From an uncultured virus (IMG/VR IMGVR_UViG_3300028553_000005) (Duplodnaviria > Heunggongvirae > Uroviricota > Caudoviricetes), in IMG/VR virus record IMGVR_UViG_3300028553_000005, positions 1 through 64,000 of that record: a DNA stretch of 64,000 bases; one strand, 5' to 3'. A model generated the notes under the pieces. The model saw only the letters and a program-made list of their open reading frames with translations, was not told the DNA's origin and ran no database searches. Of this stretch, positions 1 through 9,587 are shown piece after piece; position 1 is the stretch's first letter, and every line of letters starts with the position of its first letter. A program made the translations under genes and the position numbers.

Positions 1-270
1 GACGGCGGCTTTTGTAAATTCACTAGCGGCTTTACCTCGTGCATCTTCGGAAGGACATTGGGCTCTGTGTCCTTTTTCGGGAGTATCCACACCGAATATT
101 CTAACGGCAAGTTCTGGCTTAAGTGGTGCCGGCAAAAAGGGAGCCGCTATGACCACAGTATCGCCATCGCTTACACGGACAATCTGAGCATCATAGGTTA
201 CACCTTTTGGAGTTTTCTGTGCTATTGCCAACATAGGCAAAGCAAGTAATACAAGTAATAATTTCTTCAT
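1..270 (-). CDS. Thermonuclease (SNase-like) with signal peptide, truncated at window edge
   Basis: Not in ORF track. Manual translation MKKLLLVLLALPMLAIAQKTPKGVTYDAQIVRVSDGDTVVI...VRIFGVDTPEKG shows SNase DGDT and R-x-x-GVDTPE motifs. ATG overlaps the o-spanin stop (ATGA). Confidence 0.85.
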   Translation of the reverse strand, partial: MKKLLLVLLALPMLAIAQKTPKGVTYDAQIVRVSDGDTVVIAAPFLPAPLKPELAVRIFGVDTPEKGHRAQCPSEDARGKAASEFTKAAV

Positions 271-560
271 TTTACACTTTCAAATATTTGTTTCTGTTGT
301 TTATACCATAATTGCCATGCATTGTATCTATCTTGTAGTTCATAATACAATCCATAATTCTCATTAGCATTTTGTAACAGGTCTGCTAATGTTTTTTTAT
401 TTTCACTTAGAGGCTTTAGAACCGGAGCGGGCTCCATTAGCACTTGAGGGGCCTCGGGAAATTTTTGGCTCAATGGCACGGTTGTAGAGCACCCAAGCAT
501 CATCAGACAACTTACACTCAGCGTTAATAGCTTCCCTTTTTGCTTCAATATCTTTAGCAT
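267..560 (-). CDS. Outer-membrane spanin (Rz1-like lipoprotein)
   Basis: Lipobox-like MMLGC followed by Pro-rich FPEAPQVLMEPAP; overlaps the 3' end of the i-spanin in another frame. Start uncertain. Confidence 0.75.
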   Translation of the reverse strand: MLKILKQKGKLLTLSVSCLMMLGCSTTVPLSQKFPEAPQVLMEPAPVLKPLSENKKTLADLLQNANENYGLYYELQDRYNAWQLWYKQQKQIFESVK

Positions 561-897
561 TCCTATTCACCTTTTCTTTAATCAACTCTTTATTCTTATT
601 AACTTCAGCTGCCAACTTTTCATTGGCTTTGGCAGATTGTATTTCTGCTTCCTTTATCTTTGCTTGCATCTCGGCTATTCTAGCACGATACGACATTTCT
701 GTGGCATATCCTCCTTCAAAGAATACACCAATCACCAATAACACTATACCTAGTTGTCTACCAACCAAAGCGTATGGTTGAATTATAGGTATAAATCTAA
801 CAAGTGATCCTATAAATGTTAATACAAGTCCAAGAATAACCAGACCATGTATTGCCCATTGTAAAATCCAATCAGGTATGAATGACAAAAACCACAT
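403..897 (-). CDS. Inner-membrane spanin (Rz-like)
   Basis: Two N-terminal TM segments followed by a coiled coil with a Cys near the C-terminus; overlaps a lipoprotein ORF. Confidence 0.75.
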   Translation of the reverse strand: MWFLSFIPDWILQWAIHGLVILGLVLTFIGSLVRFIPIIQPYALVGRQLGIVLLVIGVFFEGGYATEMSYRARIAEMQAKIKEAEIQSAKANEKLAAEVNKNKELIKEKVNRNAKDIEAKREAINAECKLSDDAWVLYNRAIEPKISRGPSSANGARSGSKASK

Positions 898-900
898 TGA

Positions 901-1581
901 TTACGCCTTTATCGGTTTTCTCCGAATAGACATAAGAACCGGAGTTTTTTTCTTTTTCAAATTGACACCTGGTTCACCACCAAGGCCACCTGTACCAGCG
1001 ATTGCACCACGACCAACAACATTTGTTGGTGCTGCAGCTACAACACCATCTTCTTCTAAATCGGTACTTTCAGGTACACAATTAGGTACCATTCTATTGC
1101 CTTTTTTCTTCATACCTCTAGCTACATATCCTTGCCAGCAAGCTTCAAAAACACTTTCGGTTCTCACATTAATTGGTGCACCACGGCGTTCTGGATTTGG
1201 ATCTTCTCTACGCTTTCTACGAGCTGCAGAAGCACGACCTTCTTTGCCTAAAGCGTGAGCTTTAGCTTGAGGTAAACATTTTGGTTTACCTTCACCAGGA
1301 TCTCTTGCACAATCACCTTTGATATTGCCTTTGGTGTCCATACGAACCCATTTTTGTTTAAACCACTTTCGTAAATCTTCACTCAATTCAGTTTCTTCAC
1401 CAAGACTTCCTTGGTGTAAAGTATTGAGATGGTGCATTACTTCTTTTGTTTTATCTGATATTTGGTTAAACAGTTGAACACGTTCTTCATCGGCCATAGG
1501 ACCTTTTAGTTTGTGCCTGAGATGGTTCAAATCTGCTTGAACTCTTACAAAATCTTTAAATGTTAATATGTCGTAATTCAT
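901..1581 (-). CDS. Modular hypothetical protein, probable internal head protein
   Basis: Basic modules (DLRKWFKQKW...KPKCLP; CWQGY...RMVPNCVP) separated by LSE/VFE/LEE acidic linkers. Confidence 0.6.
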   Translation of the reverse strand: MNYDILTFKDFVRVQADLNHLRHKLKGPMADEERVQLFNQISDKTKEVMHHLNTLHQGSLGEETELSEDLRKWFKQKWVRMDTKGNIKGDCARDPGEGKPKCLPQAKAHALGKEGRASAARRKRREDPNPERRGAPINVRTESVFEACWQGYVARGMKKKGNRMVPNCVPESTDLEEDGVVAAAPTNVVGRGAIAGTGGLGGEPGVNLKKKKTPVLMSIRRKPIKA

Positions 1582-1964
1582 ATTTGCCTTAATATCTGTG
1601 CAATATGTAAATCAACCGGAATGTCAGCTGATATAATATTTTTTCCGTTTACACTCCTAATAACATCAGGCATAATACCCAAATATATTAGAAATGTTTT
1701 CAAAATATCATAATCTCTTTTATCAATTTTATAGAACAATATTCTAGAAGTTGGTTCTGGACCAAAAACATTGTTCAATAAAATAATGTGATTAAGTATC
1801 AATCTCTCTTTAAGAGTTTTGGTAATCTTATATCTACGAAATAATCTTTTTAAGTATTTCGTCCTTTTAATATCACTTTCGAATTCAGATATAATACAAT
1901 TAGGTGTCGTGTAACACTTCATTGCATACATCATAAAATTTTCATCATTCAAATCATCAAACAT
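1578..1964 (-). CDS. Hypothetical protein of T4-like phages
   Basis: 128 aa ORF overlapping the downstream gene; RLILNHIILLNNVFG motif resembles a family seen in T4-like phages. Confidence 0.65.
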   Translation of the reverse strand: MFDDLNDENFMMYAMKCYTTPNCIISEFESDIKRTKYLKRLFRRYKITKTLKERLILNHIILLNNVFGPEPTSRILFYKIDKRDYDILKTFLIYLGIMPDVIRSVNGKNIISADIPVDLHIAQILRQI

Positions 1965-1970
1965 ATTGTA

Positions 1971-2453
1971 TTATTCTTGTGGTGGTTGCTTTTCGCCTTC
2001 TGGATCTAAATGTTCAGTTTCATCAGATACTATTTCATCCAAACCTGCATCATCAGTAACCACAGCATAACATTCATAATGGCCATCTTCGGATATACCA
2101 TAACTGAAATAGAAATAATAGTCTACTTCATCATTTGGATTTGTTGTTACGCCATCAGTATCAACACCGTGTTTTTCTCCAAATTGGTTTATTGCAACAA
2201 CTTCTTCACCATCCATAATATCATCAAATATTACTCTAGGTAAACTAACACCATAAAGAGCCATTAATTTTGAAGCTCTAATCCATGCAACATAAGGATT
2301 TAAAAAGTGAGGATCTAAAGCTGCATATAGATTATCATTGATTTCATCACGAGTTTCTTCTTGTGATAAATCTACAGTTTCTTTAGAAATGGAGATGACC
2401 GGCATAGCCAGTCCATCTCCACATTCACTAACATACCTTCTAAATGCTAACAT
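1971..2453 (-). CDS. Acidic hypothetical protein with CTS-like N-terminus
   Basis: 160 aa ORF in operon; starts MLAFRRYVSE. Confidence 0.6.
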   Translation of the reverse strand: MLAFRRYVSECGDGLAMPVISISKETVDLSQEETRDEINDNLYAALDPHFLNPYVAWIRASKLMALYGVSLPRVIFDDIMDGEEVVAINQFGEKHGVDTDGVTTNPNDEVDYYFYFSYGISEDGHYECYAVVTDDAGLDEIVSDETEHLDPEGEKQPPQE

Positions 2454-3139
2454 TAGGCAACTACATCAAGCTTAGCAGGTGTAGAAGTTACTGCTGTAGC
2501 TCCTGTGCCTGTTGCATTGATTACTACACGATAGTAGTTATTGTCCGCATCAGTAAATGTAGGTGTGATTACTAATGCAGCAGTTGTTCCACCAGTGTAT
2601 GTTGTATTTGCAGGTGTTCCGTTTGATACGTTTACATAACTTCCACCAAGTGTTGCAGAACGCTGCCATTGGAAGGTCAACGGTGCAGCTGTATTGCCTG
2701 TGGTGATACTTGCTGTTACACGGAATGTAGCAGTATTGCCAACAGTCAAGTTAGCAGTGTTGCTACCTGGTTGTGAACTAATGGTGATAATAGCATCTTC
2801 ATATGTGGTATCTTCATCATCACCACTAAAGCTTGAAATGGCTACCAAAACTTCTTGTTGAACACGGTTAGCACGGCCACCAGAACCAGTAGTCCTTAGA
2901 ACCCAGCCAGAATGGCCAACGTTACTATCAACTGAGGATTCGTTGGCATCGACTGCAAAAAGGCCAATCGTTTCACCAACTGTATAGACATCAGCTGTAG
3001 TGTTTGCATACAGACGGGCTACGTTATCTGCTGTTGGTGCAGAATAGTTAGCCTTTACGTTTGTGGCGTTTACAATCGTTGAATTAACAGCCCAATATGG
3101 TGCATTGGCTGCGTTATCGTTATTTCCCCATGAGGACAT
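2453..3139 (-). CDS. Virion protein with C-terminal Ig-like domain
   Basis: Thr/Ala/Asn-rich; Ig-like pattern ITISSQP...ATFRVTA...LTFQWQ...YYRVVI; upstream ATAAATA and GGAG RBS. Confidence 0.7.
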   Translation of the reverse strand: MSSWGNNDNAANAPYWAVNSTIVNATNVKANYSAPTADNVARLYANTTADVYTVGETIGLFAVDANESSVDSNVGHSGWVLRTTGSGGRANRVQQEVLVAISSFSGDDEDTTYEDAIITISSQPGSNTANLTVGNTATFRVTASITTGNTAAPLTFQWQRSATLGGSYVNVSNGTPANTTYTGGTTAALVITPTFTDADNNYYRVVINATGTGATAVTSTPAKLDVVA

Positions 3140-3170
3140 CTTCTTCTCCTTATTATTGAAGGTTGTTAGT

Positions 3171-3177
3171 TATTTAT
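3171..3177 (-). promoter_or_regulatory. T4-type late promoter (ATAAATA)
   Basis: ATAAATA about 30 nt upstream of the ATG at 3139; gp55 is encoded in the window. Confidence 0.55.
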
Positions 3178-3185
3178 CTTATTTT

Positions 3186-5069
3186 CTATCTTGTTTTACT
3201 ACCGTCTTGTGGACCAGCATCTGGTTGATTAGTACGTTTCTTCATAGATGGATCAATCTCGACAGTATCCCTATCTTGACCAGTTAAAGTCTTACCACCA
3301 GTCATTATGGCCACCGCTTCCGGTTTGTTTTCACCCATACTATCTTTTTCATCGGTCATGGCCATCTTAGGTTTTTTACCATAACCCTTTGTTGATTTAT
3401 CGTCTTTTTCCCAATCATACATATCTTCTTTCATATTTTTAGACTTATATAAAGACTTAATTATACGAGCAGATTTAGACATTTCACGTTTCATTGGTGA
3501 TGTGTCATTTGTATTATTGGCACCATCAAAAGGCATTTGAGTTGCTGCCTGAGAATCGTGATATACATCTTCGGATGTTGGCTTACGACCAGTTTGACGG
3601 TCTATTGAACGGTCGATACCTGCAGAAACCTTTTTGATTCTTGCATTACGTGGTTTGGTAGAAGTTTCACCTGATTTTTTCTTTGTATATGAAAAATCTG
3701 TCAATCGTTTACTATGATAAGATTTAACTGTGGACATCTTTAATTCATCAATCTGTTTAACTTCTTCATCAATACCACTTCCATGAAATTTATGAGCAAT
3801 ATGCATTGCCATTTTTTCATGTTTTTCTTTTGGTACATTAGTACTTCTTAAATACGATAAAGCTGATTGGTGAACTTTGTTATCATCTCCAGCATCACTA
3901 TTATAAGGAGCATGTTCAGAATTTACCCATTGATGAAAATGATGGTCGACTTCTGAACTAGAAACTTCATCAATTTGTTCAACTTCTTCCTTCATCTTCA
4001 TTTCATCTTTTCTTTTACCAAAAGTGGAATGTACAAGAGTATCTAACTTTTTATGAAATTTAGTTTCTTTAGCTTTACTGATTCCTACATCCTCTTTATT
4101 CAAATGTTTTTCTAAACGGTCAATAGCACTAGTCATACCAGAACCATCTTTGGATTGTTTCTTTTCAATTTCAGCATGTTTCTTTTCACGCTCAGCCGAT
4201 GCTTTGCGGAATCTTTCTAATGCTGTCGGTTTCTTTTCTTCAGAAAATGACCGTTTAGCCATAATCTTGGCTAATTTACTCATTGCTTTCTTACGAGGTT
4301 CGGCACGCTTTGGATCTTTACTAGTTGTTTTGAGAACATAAGATGCCAATGTTTCTGGAGCCAACTCATCAAGTTGTTTATGTTCTACTTGCTCTCTATT
4401 CAATAAAGCACGATGCTCGTGGTCAATAGGAATAGAATGTTTTTGAATTAAGGCTCTCAACATTTCTCTACTTCTGGTTTTTGTTGAAGTAGTTCCTGCT
4501 GTAGATACTTTTTTAATGGCTCTGTGTACAGCTGATGTTGCTGTTGGCTCATCAGAATGTATAGCCATTAAATTTTTTAAATGTTTTTTTACAGTATCAT
4601 GGTCTAATTGAGTAGGTTCATGAGACCTACTACTACGAATTCCCATACCAGAAACTTCATCAATTTGTTCTTCTTTTTGTAATCTTTCATCAGGTTTATG
4701 GTCACGTAACCATTTTGCAAATTCACCAGACTTAGAAAAGCTAACTTTTTTATCTGTAGTAACAAATTTAGGATCAAGGCCTCTTGATGATAAAAATCTA
4801 TTTAACCATTTATCTTCGTCTAATTGAATTTCCTCAACAACATGATCTTGTTTCCATTTTAAGAAGGCGCTCGACTTAGCATGAGAAATTTTAGTATCTT
4901 TGGAAACAAATTTAGGATTGATTCCTCTAGATGATAAAAATTGATCCAATGTTCCGTCTGCTTCATAGATTCCTGCTTTTGCTGACCATGGGTCTGACGG
5001 ATCTACACCAAACCTAGGTCTTGCTGGTGTAGGATTCTTCTTAACGATATCTCTTAAATTTTTAGCCAT
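3186..5069 (-). CDS. Modular Lys/Glu-rich protein, probable protease-processed internal head protein
   Basis: Repeated Q(I/L)DE linkers; tandemly duplicated FLSSRG(I/L)xPKFV module. Confidence 0.65.
   Translation of the reverse strand: MAKNLRDIVKKNPTPARPRFGVDPSDPWSAKAGIYEADGTLDQFLSSRGINPKFVSKDTKISHAKSSAFLKWKQDHVVEEIQLDEDKWLNRFLSSRGLDPKFVTTDKKVSFSKSGEFAKWLRDHKPDERLQKEEQIDEVSGMGIRSSRSHEPTQLDHDTVKKHLKNLMAIHSDEPTATSAVHRAIKKVSTAGTTSTKTRSREMLRALIQKHSIPIDHEHRALLNREQVEHKQLDELAPETLASYVLKTTSKDPKRAEPRKKAMSKLAKIMAKRSFSEEKKPTALERFRKASAEREKKHAEIEKKQSKDGSGMTSAIDRLEKHLNKEDVGISKAKETKFHKKLDTLVHSTFGKRKDEMKMKEEVEQIDEVSSSEVDHHFHQWVNSEHAPYNSDAGDDNKVHQSALSYLRSTNVPKEKHEKMAMHIAHKFHGSGIDEEVKQIDELKMSTVKSYHSKRLTDFSYTKKKSGETSTKPRNARIKKVSAGIDRSIDRQTGRKPTSEDVYHDSQAATQMPFDGANNTNDTSPMKREMSKSARIIKSLYKSKNMKEDMYDWEKDDKSTKGYGKKPKMAMTDEKDSMGENKPEAVAIMTGGKTLTGQDRDTVEIDPSMKKRTNQPDAGPQDGSKTR
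3960..4670. repeat. Identical 21-bp direct repeats encoding the EQIDEVS linker
   Basis: agaaacttcatcaatttgttc at 3960-3980 and 4650-4670; degenerate copies near 3745, 5228 and 5579. Confidence 0.8.
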
Positions 5070-5071
5070 GA

Positions 5072-6256
5072 TTAGTCCTGTTTACTAATTTTTGTTCTGT
5101 CTTGTACTTTTTTAAATGCTAAACGTGCTAAATCTTTAGCACGACTCATTGGTGTGTGAATCGCACCAGACTTATCTTTAACGTCCTTTGGCATTTTTTT
5201 CCAGCCAGATGTTCCAGCGATTGTTGCTTCATCAATTTCAACTTCTTCGTTTTTCTGTTTTGCATAATAAGCAGCAAGAGCCATTTCTTTACGTTTTGTT
5301 TTTGACTTACCAGCAAATTTAGGATTATCAGAATGTACGAAATCACTAATCCAATCGCCTGCAGTTGCATCTTTACCGAGAACTTCATTAATCATTTCAT
5401 CAAGTTGTTCCTCAGTATATTCTTCTACTTCTTCTTTTGTTGACTTCCAACCACCACCCATTGCTTTGTATTTTTTAGATGCCCAACCATTTGCGTAAGC
5501 AGATGGGTATACAGCAAACTTAGATTTAGCAGCTGCTTTTGCACGAGCCCATTTTTCTGGACTTGTAGGTACATTTTTTTCATCAATCTGCTCAACTTCT
5601 TCATTTGTTTCTTTTTTACCTGTGAGAAAACGACCAAGGTTTTTTAGGTCACTCTTAAAAGAACCTGGTTTATCTTTTAAATGGCTTTTATCAGCAACAT
5701 CTTGGTTCTTTTCTGGAGATTTTTCTAAAGCCTCAGGCATCACAACATCTTTTTTCTCTTTCATTGATTTCCATTTTTCTTCTAAACGAACAGAAAAAGA
5801 TTCTTTCACTTTCTTTTTACCACGGAGAATGGCAAAATCGTGTGCATCAATTTTATTATTTTTGTTTGCATCAATCTTATGTTGATCACCTTTTAATTCT
5901 TCAGCAACTTTTTTGGTGCTGGCCAAAGCTTTCTTCATAGGCTCTGTTTTATTGCCGTCTTTATCGAAATCCAAATAATCTGGCTTGGCAGCTTCATCAT
6001 ATTTGCCTTTCGTTTTCTCATAATCTTCTTTATCTTTTTTCATCAAATCTTTTGTTTTAGGACCCTTGAGGTCATCAACAGAAGATTTACTTTGATCTTG
6101 TTTAGCCTTTGCAGAATTACCATAACTACGGCCATAAACTTTCATGCCGGTTGCCGTAGGTTCTTTAATTGGTGCCACTTCTTCCAATGATTGTTCTTCT
6201 AGAACTTTATTTACTGCGTCAATCATTGACTGGCTTACTTTATTTTTTGTGAACAT
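5072..6256 (-). CDS. Modular protein with EF-hand-like loops, probable internal head protein
   Basis: DFDKDGN and DANKNNKIDAHDF loops; EEVEQIDE linkers; KFAVYPSAYANGW module; GGAG RBS. Confidence 0.65.
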   Translation of the reverse strand: MFTKNKVSQSMIDAVNKVLEEQSLEEVAPIKEPTATGMKVYGRSYGNSAKAKQDQSKSSVDDLKGPKTKDLMKKDKEDYEKTKGKYDEAAKPDYLDFDKDGNKTEPMKKALASTKKVAEELKGDQHKIDANKNNKIDAHDFAILRGKKKVKESFSVRLEEKWKSMKEKKDVVMPEALEKSPEKNQDVADKSHLKDKPGSFKSDLKNLGRFLTGKKETNEEVEQIDEKNVPTSPEKWARAKAAAKSKFAVYPSAYANGWASKKYKAMGGGWKSTKEEVEEYTEEQLDEMINEVLGKDATAGDWISDFVHSDNPKFAGKSKTKRKEMALAAYYAKQKNEEVEIDEATIAGTSGWKKMPKDVKDKSGAIHTPMSRAKDLARLAFKKVQDRTKISKQD

Positions 6257-6271
6257 TTTATTCTCCGTTTA

Positions 6272-6592
6272 TTAGCAGTTCCACTTGCGTAATGCTTTGT
6301 TAATTCTTGAATCTGGATCTCTTGCTGTCTTAGCAGATGTCAATCGTTTCTTCATTCCACCCATACGAGCACAAAACGATTTTCTACGATTAGCAGCTTT
6401 AGAACCTGGTTTTAGTTTAGATGGTTTTGTTGTTACAGCCATCGACAATTTAGAACCTGGATTTTCTCTACGATATGATGCAATACCTTTACGATTTAAG
6501 CCACCTTCTGGATCTTTACCTGCAGAACGTTGCCATGCTGGTGATTTCTCATCCAAATATTGCTCAGAAATAAATTGTTTAAATTTTAACAT
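6272..6592 (-). CDS. Small basic protein (DUF6321-like) with CTS-like N-terminus
   Basis: MLKFKQFISEQYLDE, then AWQRSAGKDPEGGLN...RRKSFCARM...SRINKALRKWNC. Confidence 0.7.
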   Translation of the reverse strand: MLKFKQFISEQYLDEKSPAWQRSAGKDPEGGLNRKGIASYRRENPGSKLSMAVTTKPSKLKPGSKAANRRKSFCARMGGMKKRLTSAKTARDPDSRINKALRKWNC

Positions 6593-8384
6593 TTTTTTTC
6601 TTCTTTATAGTTACACCAGATAAAGCAAATTTATCTGCTGGAGTTACTAAAGGTTCTTTATTACTTGCGCCAGACATTGATCCGGCTAAACCCATATCAT
6701 TGGCTCCCGGATCATCTATTGCTTCTACATATTGTCTAAACTTCTTAAATTCTTTTTCTTCACGATAAGTTACATCGCCCATTCCTGACATAGGGTATAC
6801 TGTTCCCTGTTGGCGAGTGTCGAATTCTGGTCCTACACCTTGGGATCGAATAGCACCAGAGGCACTATTGACCCATCTTTTCTTTTTGTTTACTTGCTCT
6901 TTGTCTTTTTGGAAGTTTGGCTCTTTGGCTTGGGGCTGGACTTCGACCTTGGGCTGGCTTTCTTCGTAGGTGCGGAAGGTGTAACTTGAGTTACTTTGGA
7001 CGTCTCCGTCTTTAACGCTGTCGATTCGGCCGGCTTTTCGTTGGAGCTGGCAGCTGGGGCAGTTGTTGTCTGCGAGGAATCGGTGTTGTCCACATCCTTT
7101 GGTTTTAGCTTTAATAAATTGACTAGGGCTTTTAACATTTTTTTGTTCCTTATATAATGAATTAATATTTAATTTAGAGTTTCGAATCAACCAATCTTCG
7201 GCAGTTTCGTTAAAAGCCTTAGAATCCAAGAAGTTATTTGTTTTCTCATAAACTTCATGTATATCTTGCTCTTTACTATCTATATCTCCTGTATTATCAA
7301 AAGATACAAATCTATCAAAGGTCTCTATGAAATATTTAGTATTTTTTTGAGATTTCAACCATTTGTCTTGCCTAATCGATTCAACCATCATTCTAGCCAG
7401 TAAAAAGTTTCTTTCCCTACTGGTTTCATTGGTGGTATTGACAAAAACCATTAATGTATCGTAACCTAGTTCTTCCAGTTCTTCTTTGATATACGATATT
7501 CTGGTGGTGTCATCCGCTGGGCCATTGATTATTAATGGACCACGATTTCTAATTGCTTCATGGCGGTAATCACTTGTTTTTTCTGACAATTTTTGTTTAT
7601 CGGCCAAATATTCTTGAGCCTGTATGAAGTTTAATTCAACGATTCGAGATTCGGAGATAGCTTCACGGATAATGATATCTTTACCAGAACCTGGACCGCC
7701 AGTAACAAAAACAGCTTTAAACATACCACGATCAAACGATTCATGTAAACCCATACCCTTACGGGTATCGTGCATCAATTCTTTGGCATGAGAATCGGAT
7801 ACATGAGAAGGAACACCTTTCCTAAACTCACCAAAGTTCTTACTCTTGGCATGTTCTCTCATCTTCGTAGCTGACATACCCTCTGTACCTTCTGCGTCTG
7901 GATCACGGTGTCCTGCAGAATGGACAGTAATCTTTTTGAAATGGTATTTACCATGACCAGCCTCTACACCATTGTATTTGTGTAATAGGTGGTGCATTTC
8001 TTTGACACGGTCAGAACCAACAACAACATGAAGATGTGTAACTCCACTCTTATGTGCTTCGGCTGCATGGTGTAATATTGTTGGTTTCTCTTTTGAAGCT
8101 GCAACAAAATTGGTATTATCTGATTTCTTGGCTTCTGTTATAGGACCAGCAACATATCGCTTTAGATGTTTGATTTTTTGTTGAGCAGTTAGTGGATTCT
8201 TTTTGCTATCTTGTGTATGAGAAACAACAATGGTATGAGTTGCATTATTTTTCTTTGCAACCTCTTTAACTTTGTCAATTAGTTTTAAATGGCCAGCAGT
8301 AGGAGGGCTCATTCTACCAAAGGTAATAACATGGTGTTTTTCACCTTGTTGTTCTTCTTTGATTACGTCTAAAAATGATTTCAT
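6579..8384 (-). CDS. Cytidylyltransferase-like domain fused to P-loop kinase-like domain
   Basis: FGRMSPPTAGH (HxGH-type), VVGSDR and MSATKMR; second domain TGGPGSGKD. Start reassigned to MKSFLDVIKE. Confidence 0.8.
   Translation of the reverse strand: MKSFLDVIKEEQQGEKHHVITFGRMSPPTAGHLKLIDKVKEVAKKNNATHTIVVSHTQDSKKNPLTAQQKIKHLKRYVAGPITEAKKSDNTNFVAASKEKPTILHHAAEAHKSGVTHLHVVVGSDRVKEMHHLLHKYNGVEAGHGKYHFKKITVHSAGHRDPDAEGTEGMSATKMREHAKSKNFGEFRKGVPSHVSDSHAKELMHDTRKGMGLHESFDRGMFKAVFVTGGPGSGKDIIIREAISESRIVELNFIQAQEYLADKQKLSEKTSDYRHEAIRNRGPLIINGPADDTTRISYIKEELEELGYDTLMVFVNTTNETSRERNFLLARMMVESIRQDKWLKSQKNTKYFIETFDRFVSFDNTGDIDSKEQDIHEVYEKTNNFLDSKAFNETAEDWLIRNSKLNINSLYKEQKNVKSPSQFIKAKTKGCGQHRFLADNNCPSCQLQRKAGRIDSVKDGDVQSNSSYTFRTYEESQPKVEVQPQAKEPNFQKDKEQVNKKKRWVNSASGAIRSQGVGPEFDTRQQGTVYPMSGMGDVTYREEKEFKKFRQYVEAIDDPGANDMGLAGSMSGASNKEPLVTPADKFALSGVTIKKKKNVKI
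6890..7138 (-). CDS. Nested out-of-frame Lys/Ser/Thr/Pro-rich small protein
   Basis: 82 aa in an alternative frame; AAGGA SD 7-8 nt upstream of ATG; local GC shift coincides with the ORF. Confidence 0.55.
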   Translation of the reverse strand: MLKALVNLLKLKPKDVDNTDSSQTTTAPAASSNEKPAESTALKTETSKVTQVTPSAPTKKASPRSKSSPKPKSQTSKKTKSK

Positions 8385-8385
8385 C

Positions 8386-9531
8386 TTACTTTGCAAACCT
8401 AGGGTTATTTAAAATTGAATTAGACACTTTAACAGGAACAAGCTTTGTCATAGGTCTCATTTTACCTTCTTTATCTTTTTTCTGTAAAACAATACCTTCA
8501 CCTTGTGACTTTTTGCCATCTATACTTGTTTCCATATCAGGATGAGATACACCTTTTAATAAATGTTCTGTTGCTTGGCCTAAATGATGGCGTATATCTA
8601 AAGACCTTTGAAAGTGTTTAGCATTATCATCAACATGGCTTTTTAACTTATCAAACTCTGCTTGCTTTCTTACTTGACCAACAGGAGTCTTTAATTTGTT
8701 TACTGCTTTTTTTGCTTCACCATCTAAGTGTTTTTTATAACCTTCAATAGAGGCATTTTCACCTCTTCTTGTTGTTCTATTTAAGTATGTAGTAAAGTGT
8801 CCACCCTTCTTAACATTTATGTGTTCTGGTGTAAGATGTTCTGAAGTATGTTTCTTTAACAACTCTTTTGCTGCATCTAAATGTTTTTCTGTAGATTGTC
8901 TATCTTTTTCAGAATATGTTTCTGGATTTGCTTTATATTCATGTTCTGGCACAAAGACATTATTACTGTGTTTCAATGCATTCTTAGTAACACCATGTGC
9001 AACACCTTTTGTTATTTCTGTGTGGACTGCAAGACCTATTGGTGCTTTTGTTTTTGCTTTATATGTAATTCTATTAGGAGTTGTTTTTGTTACATCTCCA
9101 GATTTTTCTCCAGGAGAGTCCGGTGTGTGTAATAAATCTCCTTGAACATGGTGTCCTTTGTTAACAAACTCGTGACCATGTTTCAATAATCTTTTTAGTG
9201 ATGCTGCATATTCTGGTTGATGACCAAAATGTTGGTCTACTTCTTTTGGTGTCCTGGCAATAACACCTCTGGCTATTCTATGCTTATCGGATACACCAAC
9301 ACCGTCTTTATCATGTATAACATGAACAGAGGCACCACCATCAGTTTTTAACGAGGCACCAACAGAACTTTTTTGTCCCATTCTTTTTTTGTGAAATTGG
9401 TCTATTAAATCGATTGCAGTCTGTGCATGTTTTGGATCTTCATGGGGTAGGTCTTTAGTATGAGTAAGATGACCAAGCATCTCATCATCTACGGATGTAG
9501 CTTCCCTCAAGAATGTTAAAAATGACTGCAT
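8386..9531 (-). CDS. DUF6267-like protein with CTS-like N-terminus
   Basis: HLTH, KTDGGASV, QGDLL, PNRITY and EGIV motifs; start MQSFLTFLRE follows an AAGGA RBS. Confidence 0.65.
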   Translation of the reverse strand: MQSFLTFLREATSVDDEMLGHLTHTKDLPHEDPKHAQTAIDLIDQFHKKRMGQKSSVGASLKTDGGASVHVIHDKDGVGVSDKHRIARGVIARTPKEVDQHFGHQPEYAASLKRLLKHGHEFVNKGHHVQGDLLHTPDSPGEKSGDVTKTTPNRITYKAKTKAPIGLAVHTEITKGVAHGVTKNALKHSNNVFVPEHEYKANPETYSEKDRQSTEKHLDAAKELLKKHTSEHLTPEHINVKKGGHFTTYLNRTTRRGENASIEGYKKHLDGEAKKAVNKLKTPVGQVRKQAEFDKLKSHVDDNAKHFQRSLDIRHHLGQATEHLLKGVSHPDMETSIDGKKSQGEGIVLQKKDKEGKMRPMTKLVPVKVSNSILNNPRFAK

Positions 9532-9587
9532 TAATTTCCTTCTAGAACGCAACACACTATGGTTGCAAAATACGACTTCGGTTTGAT

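Noticed and set aside
58..249. 63-aa plus-strand ORF
   Set aside because: Antisense shadow of the SNase-like gene
878..1258. 126-aa plus-strand ORF, and the many similar plus-strand ORFs across the window
   Set aside because: They lie antisense to well-supported minus-strand genes and show no recognisable motifs
3700..5620. Recurring ttcatcaat...acttcttc sequence as a possible CRISPR array
   Set aside because: Irregular spacing, in frame within CDSs, encodes the EQIDE linker, and no cas genes are present
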